This document shows, piece after piece, positions 48,320 to 57,870 of a DNA stretch of 64,000 bases. This DNA is from an uncultured Gammaproteobacteria bacterium (GTDB lineage Bacteria; Patescibacteriota; Microgenomatia; Levybacterales; UBA12049), in contig CAZKJM010000001.1 of assembly GCA_964553245.1 (NCBI GenBank), positions 145,806 through 209,805 on the forward strand, read 5' to 3'. Position 1 is the first letter of the stretch. Each line of letters opens with the position of its first letter. The translations under genes were made by a program, and so were the position numbers. The notes under the pieces are model-generated. The model searched no databases and was not told the origin of the DNA. It worked only from the letters and a program-made list of their open reading frames with translations.

Positions 48320-49649
48320 CTATTCTTTCCATATCTCTTGGGAAAAGACTTGCTTCCCTAACGTTTGATAAGCCAATAATATCCTTTGTAACTCTTTCTA
48401 GTCCGATTGCAAATCCTCCTTCTTTTGGCATTCCGTACTTAAAAGCCTGAAGGTAAAGTTCAAAATTTTCCTTTTTGTATCCCTTATCCTGAATTTTTTC
48501 TAAAAGCATTTTATAATCGTTAATTCTTTGACCTCCAGTTACCCATTCTTCACTAAAACCAAGTAAATCAAAACTTAATGTATATTCAGGATCGTCTGGA
48601 TCAGGCATTGTATAAAAAGGTCTTTTTTTTGTTGGATAATGTGTTATAAAAACAAAAGGCGCTCCTGTTTCTTCCTTCGCCCATTTACATAATTCTTTTT
48701 CATCAATCGGATCTAAATCGGATGCTTTTCTATGATCTTCTTTTGTTCTTTTAAAAGCAATTTCCTGAGCTTCTCTAAGCTTAATTCTTGGAAATGGTTT
48801 TGAAATATTAGGCAATTCTATTCCCAAAAGAGTTAACTCGTTTTTGTTTTTTTCATTAATTTCTTTAAGCATGTTTATTATAACCTTTTCTGCCATATCC
48901 ATTACCTCTGTCCATGATTCAATAAAACCCATTTCCGCATCCAAACTAATATACTCCGATAAATGCCTCGTAGTTATAGAAGGCTCTGCCCTGTAGGCAT
49001 GGGCTACTGTAAAAACACGCTCAAAAACCCCAACCATTATCTGCTTATAGAGCTGTGGAGACTGACCCAAATATGCCCTATGACTATAATAATCTATGGG
49101 GAAAACCTCTGCTCCTCCTTCGGTTGCCACAGGTACAATTGTAGGAGGAAATATTTCAATAAACTCTTCTTTAGATAAAGTATCTCTAAAAGACGATACT
49201 ATTGTTTTCTGAATTTTAAACAAAGCAGAAATCTTTGGACTACGTAAAGTCAGAGCTCTATGATCAAGTAAAGTTGGCAATTCAAGATTTAATTCATTCG
49301 AGCCCATATCAAAAGGTAGGGTTTCTGCTTTAGCTATAATCCTAATTTCTTTAGCTTCGAGCTCAAAGCCACCTGAAACTAACTGTTTATTTGCTGATCC
49401 AGAAGGTCTTTTATTGACTTTTCCGGCTATCTCTACAACATATTCCGGTTTTAACTCACAGGCGACATTGTACGCCGTTTCCGATACCTTCGGATTAACC
49501 ACGACCTGAATAATGCCACTTCTGTCCCTAATATCTAAAAAGATCAGCTTCCCATGGTCTCTTCTTAGCCTCACGAAACCCTGAAGACTTATTTGCTGGT
49601 TTACATATTCTGAAGCTAAAGACGCAAGAACTCTTTTTATATTATTCAT
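48291..49649 (-). CDS. aspS: Aspartate-tRNA ligase, short archaeal/eukaryal type, probably non-discriminating
   Basis: OB fold RDHGKLIFLDIRD, EGGAEVF, QSPQLYKQ, RAE..T.RHLSEY, GGQRI, GLER, FPRD; no GAD insertion. Confidence 0.92.
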   Translation of the reverse strand: MNNIKRVLASLASEYVNQQISLQGFVRLRRDHGKLIFLDIRDRSGIIQVVVNPKVSETAYNVACELKPEYVVEIAGKVNKRPSGSANKQLVSGGFELEAKEIRIIAKAETLPFDMGSNELNLELPTLLDHRALTLRSPKISALFKIQKTIVSSFRDTLSKEEFIEIFPPTIVPVATEGGAEVFPIDYYSHRAYLGQSPQLYKQIMVGVFERVFTVAHAYRAEPSITTRHLSEYISLDAEMGFIESWTEVMDMAEKVIINMLKEINEKNKNELTLLGIELPNISKPFPRIKLREAQEIAFKRTKEDHRKASDLDPIDEKELCKWAKEETGAPFVFITHYPTKKRPFYTMPDPDDPEYTLSFDLLGFSEEWVTGGQRINDYKMLLEKIQDKGYKKENFELYLQAFKYGMPKEGGFAIGLERVTKDIIGLSNVREASLFPRDMERIDERFSKLKK

Positions 49650-49683
49650 ATTAATAAAGATATCATAGCGTAATTTTCCCTAC

Positions 49684-49844
49684 TTGACAAGCAATTTTAA
49701 TAGTGCTATATTTAGCTTATATCCTATAATATGAAATTAGCTTTGAATTTATTTAATTTTTATTGGACACGGGCTTCCCTTATTTAAAGGGGGCGGATAC
49801 TTTTTGTATTGCGCCTTTTCCTTTAAAAACAGGAAGCTTTTTTT
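49684..49844 (+). promoter_or_regulatory. Sigma70 promoter plus attenuator-like leader (uORF, alternative hairpins, U-tract)
   Basis: TTGACA-17-(TGC)TATATT; uORF 49731-49787; paired segments 49771-49839; T7 at 49838-49844. Confidence 0.5.
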
Positions 49845-49851
49845 ATTGAAA

Positions 49852-50253
49852 ATGAGAGAATTTGAACATAAAATTGGCGGAAGAATTGATATTAATGACG
49901 TGGGCAGAAGTGCTACGGAAGTTGCTACACGCTTTAGAATTGAACCCTATAAGGATAATGATGTTTATACAGGAAGAATATTACCGTTGAATACAAGAGC
50001 AGAAAAACCAAAATCTTTTTTAGTAGATCAATCCTTAATCGATACTGTTAAAGAAGTGTATGGCGCAATTGGCGCTGAAGATACGGCAAAATGTATAATT
50101 AATGCACTATTTAGCCCAGATACAAGCCGAAAAGAAAGACAACGTTTAATTGAACATATCCAAGAGTTAAGATGTGATCCTTCATCTCCAGAGGATGCGC
50201 TAGCTAAGCTTATAAAAGAAACACAAAATGGCAATGGAAATGGTAAAAAATAA
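49852..50253 (+). CDS. Orphan hypothetical protein (133 aa)
   Basis: Open frame filling the gap between aspS and recJ; ATG follows the leader; no family recognised. Confidence 0.6.
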   Translation: MREFEHKIGGRIDINDVGRSATEVATRFRIEPYKDNDVYTGRILPLNTRAEKPKSFLVDQSLIDTVKEVYGAIGAEDTAKCIINALFSPDTSRKERQRLIEHIQELRCDPSSPEDALAKLIKETQNGNGNGKK

Positions 50254-50266
50254 ATTTTTATTTAAA

Positions 50267-51922
50267 TTAAGTAATTTTTACACTTTTAATTTTTAACTCT
50301 ATACTAGAATTTCCGTTCCATACATTCTCGCTCAAAATATACGCTACATCAACTTTATCTCCAACAACTAATTTTAAGTCATTACCGGGGTTAAACCATA
50401 TTCCATTGATTTGGAAACTCGATTCACTATCAACTGGCGAATAACCTTTAAACCTGAATTTAAGGTGCTTATTGCCATTTCCAACCCATCTTAAATCCTT
50501 AATTATTAATCCTTTACTTACAAACACGGGTTGAGGATTTCCCATACCGAAGGGCTCTAGTCTTTTGATTTCATTAAATAGCTCATTATTTAATAAACTA
50601 AATGGCAATTCACAATCGATTTTTAAGATCTTCGTAAGCCTTTCTTTGTCCAATAATTTTTCTGCTAATCCCTCTAGTTTTTCTTTTATTTTTTCCAAAT
50701 CTTCTGTTTTGACTGTAAAACCGGCAGCCATGGGATGACCACCTGCGTCAATTAAGAAATCGGAAGCCTGTCTTATAAATTCAATAATATTAAAACCGCT
50801 TATTGATCTCGCTGAAGCCTTAGTGTATTTTTCTCCCTTGGATAAAACAATTGCAGGAAGATAATATTCTTCTACTAATTTTCCTGCTACTAAACCAATA
50901 ACTCCTTGTTCATAAATTTCATCATAAATAAAAATCAATTTCTTTTTATCTTGAGTGGCCAATTTTGCTTTTGCATTAAGCAAAGATTCTTCTGTTATTT
51001 TTTGTCGTTTTTTATTGGTTCTACCAAGTTTTTCCGCTAGTAATCTTGCTGCATTTTTGTCTTTTGTACATAAAAGCCTTAATGAATCCATTGCTTTTTC
51101 TATTCTTCCGGAGGCATTTATTCTTGGAGAAATAATATAACTTATTTCATAAACTCCAATATTTTCCTTAGCCAACCCCGCTTCTTTAATAATTTCCAAA
51201 AGCCCCGTATTTTTTGTATTTTTAATTTCTTTAATCCCTTGTTTTACAATTGCCCTATTGATTCCAACTAACGGCATTAGGTCTGCAATTGTTGCTAACG
51301 CGACTAAAACTAACTGATCATCATTTGTTTTTTTATTTAATTCACTACACAATACCCAGGAAACCCCTGCTCCGCATACCTTAGTTGAATGAATAATAGA
51401 AAATGCCTTGGGGAGTTTTTCCGAAGGAACATGATGATCGGTAATAATTACATCTATTCCTTCTTTGTTAGCAAATTCGACTGCTTCATTAGCAATGATC
51501 CCATTATCTACGGTAATTATCAATTCAACTTTTGGTATTTTATTTTTGATATTTGATATTCCTGTAACCGAAAGACCATATCCTTCATCTACTCTGTGCG
51601 GTATATATGGTAGGACTTTAGCACCATGATTATTTAAAGTTTCCCATAAAATTGTCGTTGCGCAAATTCCATCTACATCGTAATCTCCAAATACCACAAT
51701 CTGTTCTTTATTTTTAATCGCTAATTTAATCCTATTTACAGCTTTTTTTAAATTGTTTTTATCAATACTTACTAATTGGGAAATATTTTTTTTTAACTTT
51801 GGATCTAAAAATTCCTCAATTTGTTGCCTAGTTTTTATTCCCCTGTTTTCCAAAAGTATTTTTATAACATCTTTTATTTTAAATTTTTGGTTTTTGGATT
51901 TATTGATTGTTTGCCATTTCAT
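50267..51922 (-). CDS. recJ: Single-stranded-DNA-specific exonuclease RecJ
   Basis: GDYDVDG, TVDNG, TDHH, PRINASGR, SARS, GGHPMAAG, EPFGMGNP. Confidence 0.95.
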   Translation of the reverse strand: MKWQTINKSKNQKFKIKDVIKILLENRGIKTRQQIEEFLDPKLKKNISQLVSIDKNNLKKAVNRIKLAIKNKEQIVVFGDYDVDGICATTILWETLNNHGAKVLPYIPHRVDEGYGLSVTGISNIKNKIPKVELIITVDNGIIANEAVEFANKEGIDVIITDHHVPSEKLPKAFSIIHSTKVCGAGVSWVLCSELNKKTNDDQLVLVALATIADLMPLVGINRAIVKQGIKEIKNTKNTGLLEIIKEAGLAKENIGVYEISYIISPRINASGRIEKAMDSLRLLCTKDKNAARLLAEKLGRTNKKRQKITEESLLNAKAKLATQDKKKLIFIYDEIYEQGVIGLVAGKLVEEYYLPAIVLSKGEKYTKASARSISGFNIIEFIRQASDFLIDAGGHPMAAGFTVKTEDLEKIKEKLEGLAEKLLDKERLTKILKIDCELPFSLLNNELFNEIKRLEPFGMGNPQPVFVSKGLIIKDLRWVGNGNKHLKFRFKGYSPVDSESSFQINGIWFNPGNDLKLVVGDKVDVAYILSENVWNGNSSIELKIKSVKIT

Positions 51923-52025
51923 TTTTATTTTTGCTTGTCCTTTGCAATTTTAACAAAGGAAAAAATTTTGATTTTTGAACTTCTGTTGCTATACTATAAC
52001 AAATTCCTTATCTATTTAACAATTT

Positions 52026-53399
52026 ATGCAAAATTTTATTCCAAAAGAGGTTTTAAAAATTTATAAAAAAATAGAAGATTCCGGTCGCAAGGTATATTTT
52101 GTTGGAGGATGCGTTAGAGATATTTTTCTACAAAGAGCTACAAAAGACTGGGATATGGCAACTTCGGCAACTCCTGAGGAAATTTTAAAGCTTTTTAAAG
52201 AAGGGTTTTACGACAATAAATTCGGCACTGTCGGAATACCGATTAAACCGAATAATCAATTAGCAGACAAGGAAAAAGAAATCATAGAGATAACTACCTT
52301 TCGGACAGAACACGGCTACGCTGATAAAAGACATCCGAAAATTGTTAAGTGGGGAAAAACTATAGAAGAAGATTTATCAAGAAGAGATTTTACAATAAAT
52401 GCAATTGCCGTAATGTTTGATAAAGAAAAGACTATTATTATTGATCCATTTGGAGGACAAAAGGATATTGATAAAAAAATTATCAGGGCAGTTGGAAATC
52501 CCAAGGAAAGATTCAAAGAAGACGCGCTAAGATTAATACGGGCCGTTAGACTTGCAACAGAGCTTTCTTTTAACGTAGAAGAAGATACTCTTAATGAAAT
52601 TAAAAACGACTCCAATCTTATTAAAGAAATTTCATTTGAAAGAATTAGGGATGAGTTAATAAAAATTTTAGCAAGCGATTCTTCTTACGAAGGAATTATG
52701 CTTCTTAAAGAATGCGGATTATTGGGTTATATTATTCCAGAAATCTTAGAGGGCGTTGATGTTTCGCAGGAAAGACCGGGCAGACATCATACAACAGATG
52801 TTTTCACCCATAATGTACTTTCTTTAAAATTTTGCCCATCAAAAGATCCAGTTGTTAAATTTGCTGCTTTAATCCACGATATTGGGAAACCACAAGTTGC
52901 TACAAAAGACGAAAAAGGATATGTTGTTTTTCATAATCACGAATTATCAGGGACAAAAATTGCATACGAAATATGTAAAAGACTCAGGTTTTCTAAAAAA
53001 GTTAGAGAAAGAATAATTAATTTAATAAGATGGCATATGTTTACTGTTGATGAAAAAATTACAGATGCGGCCATTAGAAGATTTATACGAAAAGTTGGAA
53101 TAGAAAACGTAAAGGACATTATTGACTTAAGAATTGGGGACAGGCTTGGAGGAGGAACTCAAACAGCCGAGAGTTGGAGACTAAAACTTTTTAAAAAAAG
53201 AATTGAGGAACAATTAAAACCAAAACCTTTTTCGATTGACGACATGGTAATTGATGGAAATGATGTAATGAAAATTTTAAAAATTGAACCGAGTAAAAAA
53301 GTTGGTGAAATTTTACAAAAATTGTTTGAGGAAGTAGATGAAGATTTATCAAAAAATAATAAGAAATATCTATTAAAAAGGGTACAAAAACTATCTTAA
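52026..53399 (+). CDS. cca: tRNA nucleotidyltransferase (CCA-adding enzyme/PolyA_pol family) with HD domain
   Basis: VGGCVRD, DWDMAT, RRDFTINA, EDALRL.RA.R, HDIGKP. Confidence 0.9.
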   Translation: MQNFIPKEVLKIYKKIEDSGRKVYFVGGCVRDIFLQRATKDWDMATSATPEEILKLFKEGFYDNKFGTVGIPIKPNNQLADKEKEIIEITTFRTEHGYADKRHPKIVKWGKTIEEDLSRRDFTINAIAVMFDKEKTIIIDPFGGQKDIDKKIIRAVGNPKERFKEDALRLIRAVRLATELSFNVEEDTLNEIKNDSNLIKEISFERIRDELIKILASDSSYEGIMLLKECGLLGYIIPEILEGVDVSQERPGRHHTTDVFTHNVLSLKFCPSKDPVVKFAALIHDIGKPQVATKDEKGYVVFHNHELSGTKIAYEICKRLRFSKKVRERIINLIRWHMFTVDEKITDAAIRRFIRKVGIENVKDIIDLRIGDRLGGGTQTAESWRLKLFKKRIEEQLKPKPFSIDDMVIDGNDVMKILKIEPSKKVGEILQKLFEEVDEDLSKNNKKYLLKRVQKLS

Positions 53400-53435
53400 T
53401 TTTTTTTAAAATTTCTGCTATACTCTTATCTTGTC

Positions 53436-54587
53436 GTGAAAAAATATTTTACCTCCGAATCAGTCACCGAAGGACACCCGGATAAAATATGTGACCAAAT
53501 TGCAGATGCAGTTTTGGATGTTGTTTTAAAAGATGATCCAAATGCTGCTTGCTGCTGTGAAGTTTTTACAACAACAGGGATGGTTGTAATAGGTGGAGAA
53601 ATTACTACAAAAACCTATGTTGATGTTCAAAAGATCGCAAGAGAGGTTTTAAAAGATATTGGCTATACAAATGCCGACTACGGAATTGATTACAAATCCT
53701 GCTCGATAATAAACGTTATTCACGAACAAAGTTTGGATATTGCCCAAGGAGAAGATCCAAAAAAAGCGCTTCATAAAGCGCAAGGAGCAGGAGATCAAGG
53801 AATGATGGTTGGATACGCAAGTAATGAAACAAAAGAATTAATGCCTCTTCCAATTACGCTTGCACACGGTTTAACAAAACGTTTAGCAGAAGTCAGAAAA
53901 AAGAAAATAATTCCCTATCTTCGTCCGGACGGAAAAGCCCAGGTTACGATTGAATATGAAAACAACAAGCCAATCGGTATAGAAACCGTTGTTGTTGCTG
54001 CACAACACGATGACAAAATTCCTTATAAAAAAATTAGGGCAGATATTATTAATAAAGTTATTAAACCTGTTTGCAAAAAATTGTTAAACGGAAAAGCAAA
54101 AATTTATATTAACGAAACAGGAAAATTTGTAACAGGTGGTCCTCAAGGAGATACGGGGGTAACGGGAAGAAAAATAATTGTTGATACATATGGTGGAATG
54201 GCAAGACACGGCGGAGGAGCTTTTAGTGGTAAAGTGCCAAATAAACAAGACCGAAGTGGAGCTTATATGGCACGCTATATTGCAAAAAATGTCGTAGCAG
54301 CAGGCTTTGCAGATAAATGTGAAATTCAACTTGCTTATGCAATCGGATATCCTGAACCGGTTTCTGTCCATGTAGAAACATTCGAAACAGGTAAAATAGA
54401 CGAAGACAAAATTGAAAAAGCAATTAGGGAAGTGTTTGATATGAGCCCTTCGGGAATAATTAATACTCTTAATTTAAGAAGACCAATTTACCGAAAAACC
54501 GCAACTTATGGACACTTTGGCCGACCGGAATTCCCTTGGGAGAAAACCGATAAAGTGACAGCTCTTAGGAAATTTGCTAAACTTTAG
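53436..54587 (+). CDS. metK: S-adenosylmethionine synthetase
   Basis: [47 protein letters not shown]. Confidence 0.96.
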   Translation: MKKYFTSESVTEGHPDKICDQIADAVLDVVLKDDPNAACCCEVFTTTGMVVIGGEITTKTYVDVQKIAREVLKDIGYTNADYGIDYKSCSIINVIHEQSLDIAQGEDPKKALHKAQGAGDQGMMVGYASNETKELMPLPITLAHGLTKRLAEVRKKKIIPYLRPDGKAQVTIEYENNKPIGIETVVVAAQHDDKIPYKKIRADIINKVIKPVCKKLLNGKAKIYINETGKFVTGGPQGDTGVTGRKIIVDTYGGMARHGGGAFSGKVPNKQDRSGAYMARYIAKNVVAAGFADKCEIQLAYAIGYPEPVSVHVETFETGKIDEDKIEKAIREVFDMSPSGIINTLNLRRPIYRKTATYGHFGRPEFPWEKTDKVTALRKFAKL

Positions 54588-54589
54588 TT

Positions 54590-55045
54590 ATGACAAAACA
54601 AGCTCTTCGCGATGAACTTAAAAATTCAATGCTTGCTAAGGACGAAATAAAAACTTCTGTCCTTCGAATGCTTCTTTCCGCAATTAATTATTACGAAATT
54701 CAAAAAGGCGGAGCTGGATACGAAGCGAGTGAAGAAGATGTTCTTTCTGTAATTCAAAAAGAAGTAAAACAACACAATGATTCAATTGAGCAATTTAAAA
54801 ATGCAGGAAGACAAGATTTAGTAGATAAAGAAACAAAAGAACTTGAAATATTAAAAAAATATATGCCGGAACAAATGAACGAAGAAGAAGTAAAAAAAAT
54901 TGTCATAGAAACAATAAATGAAATAAAACCAGCCGGAATACAAGATATGGGAAAGATTATGGGCGCATTAATGCCAAAATTCAAAGGCAAAGCTGACGGA
55001 AATTTAGTCAGCAAAATCGTTAAAGAATCTTTGTCTACCTCTTAA
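54590..55045 (+). CDS. yqeY: GatB/YqeY domain protein
   Basis: LK..M.AKD....SVLRML, KE.KQ..DSIEQF..AGR.DL, DMGKIMG, GKADG. Confidence 0.9.
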   Translation: MTKQALRDELKNSMLAKDEIKTSVLRMLLSAINYYEIQKGGAGYEASEEDVLSVIQKEVKQHNDSIEQFKNAGRQDLVDKETKELEILKKYMPEQMNEEEVKKIVIETINEIKPAGIQDMGKIMGALMPKFKGKADGNLVSKIVKESLSTS

Positions 55046-55943
55046 GCTTTTTTCTTTTTTCCGACCATTCCTGCCACACCACTAATAGAGGCGCAGCGTT
55101 AAATATGGAAGAATATGTCCCACTAACAATACCTATTAACAAAGCGACAACAAACCAACGGATTGATTCTCCTCCAAACAAAAGAAGCGCCAGTAAAACC
55201 AACACTACCGTCAATGATGTATTTAATGACCTGTCTAATGTTTGTAATATTGAATCGTTAACGATTTTTTCAAAAGGAGAACCCATCATTCTTTTTAAGT
55301 TTTCTCTTACTCTATCAAATACAACAATTGTGTCATGAACGGAAAATCCGATTATAGTCAATACTGCTGTTACAAATAAACTATCAATTTCTACATCAAA
55401 AAAGCGTCCGAAGATTGCAAAAATCCCGACAATAACCAATACGTCATGAATTAATGCCAAAACCGCGCAAACTCCAAACCTAAAGCTACTTGCAGGTTTT
55501 GGAACTTGTCTAAAAGACCATGTTATATATAAAACGATCAGCAATGACGCTACTAATATTGCTTTAATAGCGTTTGAAGTTGTTTCTGAACCGATTGATG
55601 GTCCTATTGTTTCGAAATCTCCTTGTTTAATTCCGTTTATTTTATTACCAAGACTCCAAATTATTTTATTGTTTTTATTCTGATCAATGGCTTGAGTTCT
55701 TAACGAAACTGTTTTATCCGACAACTCTATCGTTGCAATTTTTATGTTATTTTCTTCAAAAACGGATTTAATTATTTTTACGTTTTTATTATTAGCCTTT
55801 TCCGGTAAAAAGAAAGTCATTCTAGATCCACCAGTAAAATCAATAGACAGGTTAAGCCCGTATAAAAACAGAGCAATTGTTCCGGGAATAATAATAATTA
55901 AAGAAATTAAAAAGTATAAATATTTTTTTCCGATTATATTCAT
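55035..55943 (-). CDS. secF: Protein translocase subunit SecF
   Basis: IDFTGG, IGPSIG, HD, GFSVHDTIVVFDRVREN, RSLNTSLT, GTYSS. Confidence 0.95.
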   Translation of the reverse strand: MNIIGKKYLYFLISLIIIIPGTIALFLYGLNLSIDFTGGSRMTFFLPEKANNKNVKIIKSVFEENNIKIATIELSDKTVSLRTQAIDQNKNNKIIWSLGNKINGIKQGDFETIGPSIGSETTSNAIKAILVASLLIVLYITWSFRQVPKPASSFRFGVCAVLALIHDVLVIVGIFAIFGRFFDVEIDSLFVTAVLTIIGFSVHDTIVVFDRVRENLKRMMGSPFEKIVNDSILQTLDRSLNTSLTVVLVLLALLLFGGESIRWFVVALLIGIVSGTYSSIFNAAPLLVVWQEWSEKRKKLKR

Positions 55944-55944
55944 A

Positions 55945-57285
55945 TTATTTATAAACTGATCTTAAAAAAGTTCTAGTTACAACAATTGCCGAAAACATAG
56001 ATGTTAAAACCCCAATCGCCAAAATTAAGGCAAATCCCTTAACCATTCCTGTACCAAAATTGTACAGAACCATACAGGTTATTAAGGTAGAAACATTTGA
56101 ATCTCTAATTGAAGTCCAGGCCCTAGAAAAACCAGTTTCTATAGCTGACTGTTCACTTTTGCCAAGGCGTTTTTCTTCTTTAGTTCTTTCAAAAATTAAA
56201 ATATTTGCATCAACTGCCATACCTATAGATAAAATGAAGCCAGCGATTCCGGAAAGAGTTAAGGTTATTCCATAGGGAGTTAAAGAACTAATTTTAAAAA
56301 TTGCTAAATTAAATAATGTGTAAAGAAGCAAAGCAATACTTGCTATAAAACCAAGTTTTCCATATAAAACAATCATAAAAATTATTATTATAAGAAGTCC
56401 TATTGCTCCTGCAAAAAAACTTTTCTGAAGCGACGAAATACCAAGAGTCGGGCTAATCATTTTTTCCGAAAGAGATGTTAATGGAACAGGCAAAGCACCT
56501 GCATTTAATTGCGTACTTAAATTATTGGCGGTTTCTATATTAAAGGATCCGTTTATTACAGCATTTCCTGTTAAGATTGGTTCATTAACCTTTGGCGCCT
56601 CTATTAAAATATTATCGAGAACTATTGCGAGCACTTTGTTTACATTTCTTTTTGTAATTTCTCCAAATTTATTACTTCCTTCGCTTGTAAAAACTAATTG
56701 CACTTGCGGTTTGCCGGTATTCTGGTCAAAGGTTACATTTGTATTCTGTAGGTCTTTCCCGGAGAGATTAGTTTTTCTAAAATTTGAGTTTAACCCCAAT
56801 GGATAACCGGAGGTAGTTGCTGTTTTTGCTGATTCTGTTGCAATTTCTTCCCAAAAAGTAAGTTCTGCCGTTGTGCCGATTATATTTCTTGCCTGAGCAA
56901 TGTCTATTCCAGGTAATTCAACTATTATCCTCGATTCGTTACTAACAATGGAGGTTTGAACAATGGGTTCGGAAACACCGAATAAATTTACTCGTCTTTC
57001 TATTATGTTTCTTGCTGCCTCCAATGCCGCGCTCTTCTGCGAAGAGGCAATATTTGACATATCTGCTTTATAAGCGATCTCCGTTCCGCCCTCCAGGTCC
57101 AAACCTTTCCTAAACTTAAGCTCTTTTTTTATACCTATGGAACTCAGTGTCTTATTGGTATCTATGTTAATTTTTTTATTGACCAGTGGTATATTTAAAT
57201 TTTCTATTTTGGGTAAAATAATAAAAACCGATGAGACAGTTAAAAAAATAATAAACCAAAAAAGAAAACGTGGATTTTTTCTCAT
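55945..57285 (-). CDS. secD: Protein translocase subunit SecD
   Basis: GLDLEGG, RRVNLFGVSEP, IIVELPG, GALPVP, GMAVDANILIFER, DSN. Confidence 0.95.
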   Translation of the reverse strand: MRKNPRFLFWFIIFLTVSSVFIILPKIENLNIPLVNKKINIDTNKTLSSIGIKKELKFRKGLDLEGGTEIAYKADMSNIASSQKSAALEAARNIIERRVNLFGVSEPIVQTSIVSNESRIIVELPGIDIAQARNIIGTTAELTFWEEIATESAKTATTSGYPLGLNSNFRKTNLSGKDLQNTNVTFDQNTGKPQVQLVFTSEGSNKFGEITKRNVNKVLAIVLDNILIEAPKVNEPILTGNAVINGSFNIETANNLSTQLNAGALPVPLTSLSEKMISPTLGISSLQKSFFAGAIGLLIIIIFMIVLYGKLGFIASIALLLYTLFNLAIFKISSLTPYGITLTLSGIAGFILSIGMAVDANILIFERTKEEKRLGKSEQSAIETGFSRAWTSIRDSNVSTLITCMVLYNFGTGMVKGFALILAIGVLTSMFSAIVVTRTFLRSVYK

Positions 57286-57857
57286 GAAAGCATTGACTCC
57301 TCATCTCCAATTAACATTACCCTTGAAACCGATAAAATAGAAGTTATAAAGGGGTCTCTCTTTTTCCTTCTAAACTCAAATTCTTCTTCTGTCATAACAG
57401 TATAGTTTATTTCTGTATTTAGCCTTTTTTCTTCATTTCTAACCAAAAGAGCCAATTCCGGTAAAACTACTGTTCCTACCAAAAGTAAATCTACCTGATC
57501 CGGTTCGTCTTTTAGTTTTCTTACAAATTTACCGGAAAACATTGCGTATTTTATTTTTCCAAGTTTGACTCTATTTTTAAGAATATCTGCGCCCAATCCC
57601 ATACTTTTTGCTCCAATTTTTAATAGATCATAATAAAAAGGGTATGTCCTAGATAATGAATAATAAACTCTATTTGCCCTTGGTTCTTTATTTAATATTC
57701 CTTTTTTTTCTAAAAATGCTAATTCTCTTCTAACAGCATTAATTTCATCACCGGTTTTTCTAACCAATTCTCTAACATGATACATTTCCCCTGGTGAGGT
57801 TAAAAAAACATTGAGTAATTTTACTCTTGCCTTAGATGTTATTAAATCAAAAAACAT
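57282..57857 (-). CDS. Winged-HTH protein fused to a degenerate nucleotidyltransferase-like domain
   Basis: N-terminal SKARVKLL...HVRELVR...AVRREL..LE..GIL......RVYY. C-terminal FSGKF...QVDLLLVG...E.RL..EINYTV...EEF. Confidence 0.75.
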   Translation of the reverse strand: MFFDLITSKARVKLLNVFLTSPGEMYHVRELVRKTGDEINAVRRELAFLEKKGILNKEPRANRVYYSLSRTYPFYYDLLKIGAKSMGLGADILKNRVKLGKIKYAMFSGKFVRKLKDEPDQVDLLLVGTVVLPELALLVRNEEKRLNTEINYTVMTEEEFEFRRKKRDPFITSILSVSRVMLIGDEESMLS

Positions 57858-57870
57858 AATCCTCGCCCTC

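Noticed and set aside
39655-50250. Shared NGNGNG C-terminal tail in the DUF1003-like protein and the 133-aa orphan
   Set aside because: Short low-complexity motif with different codons; two cases do not support a sorting or degradation tag.
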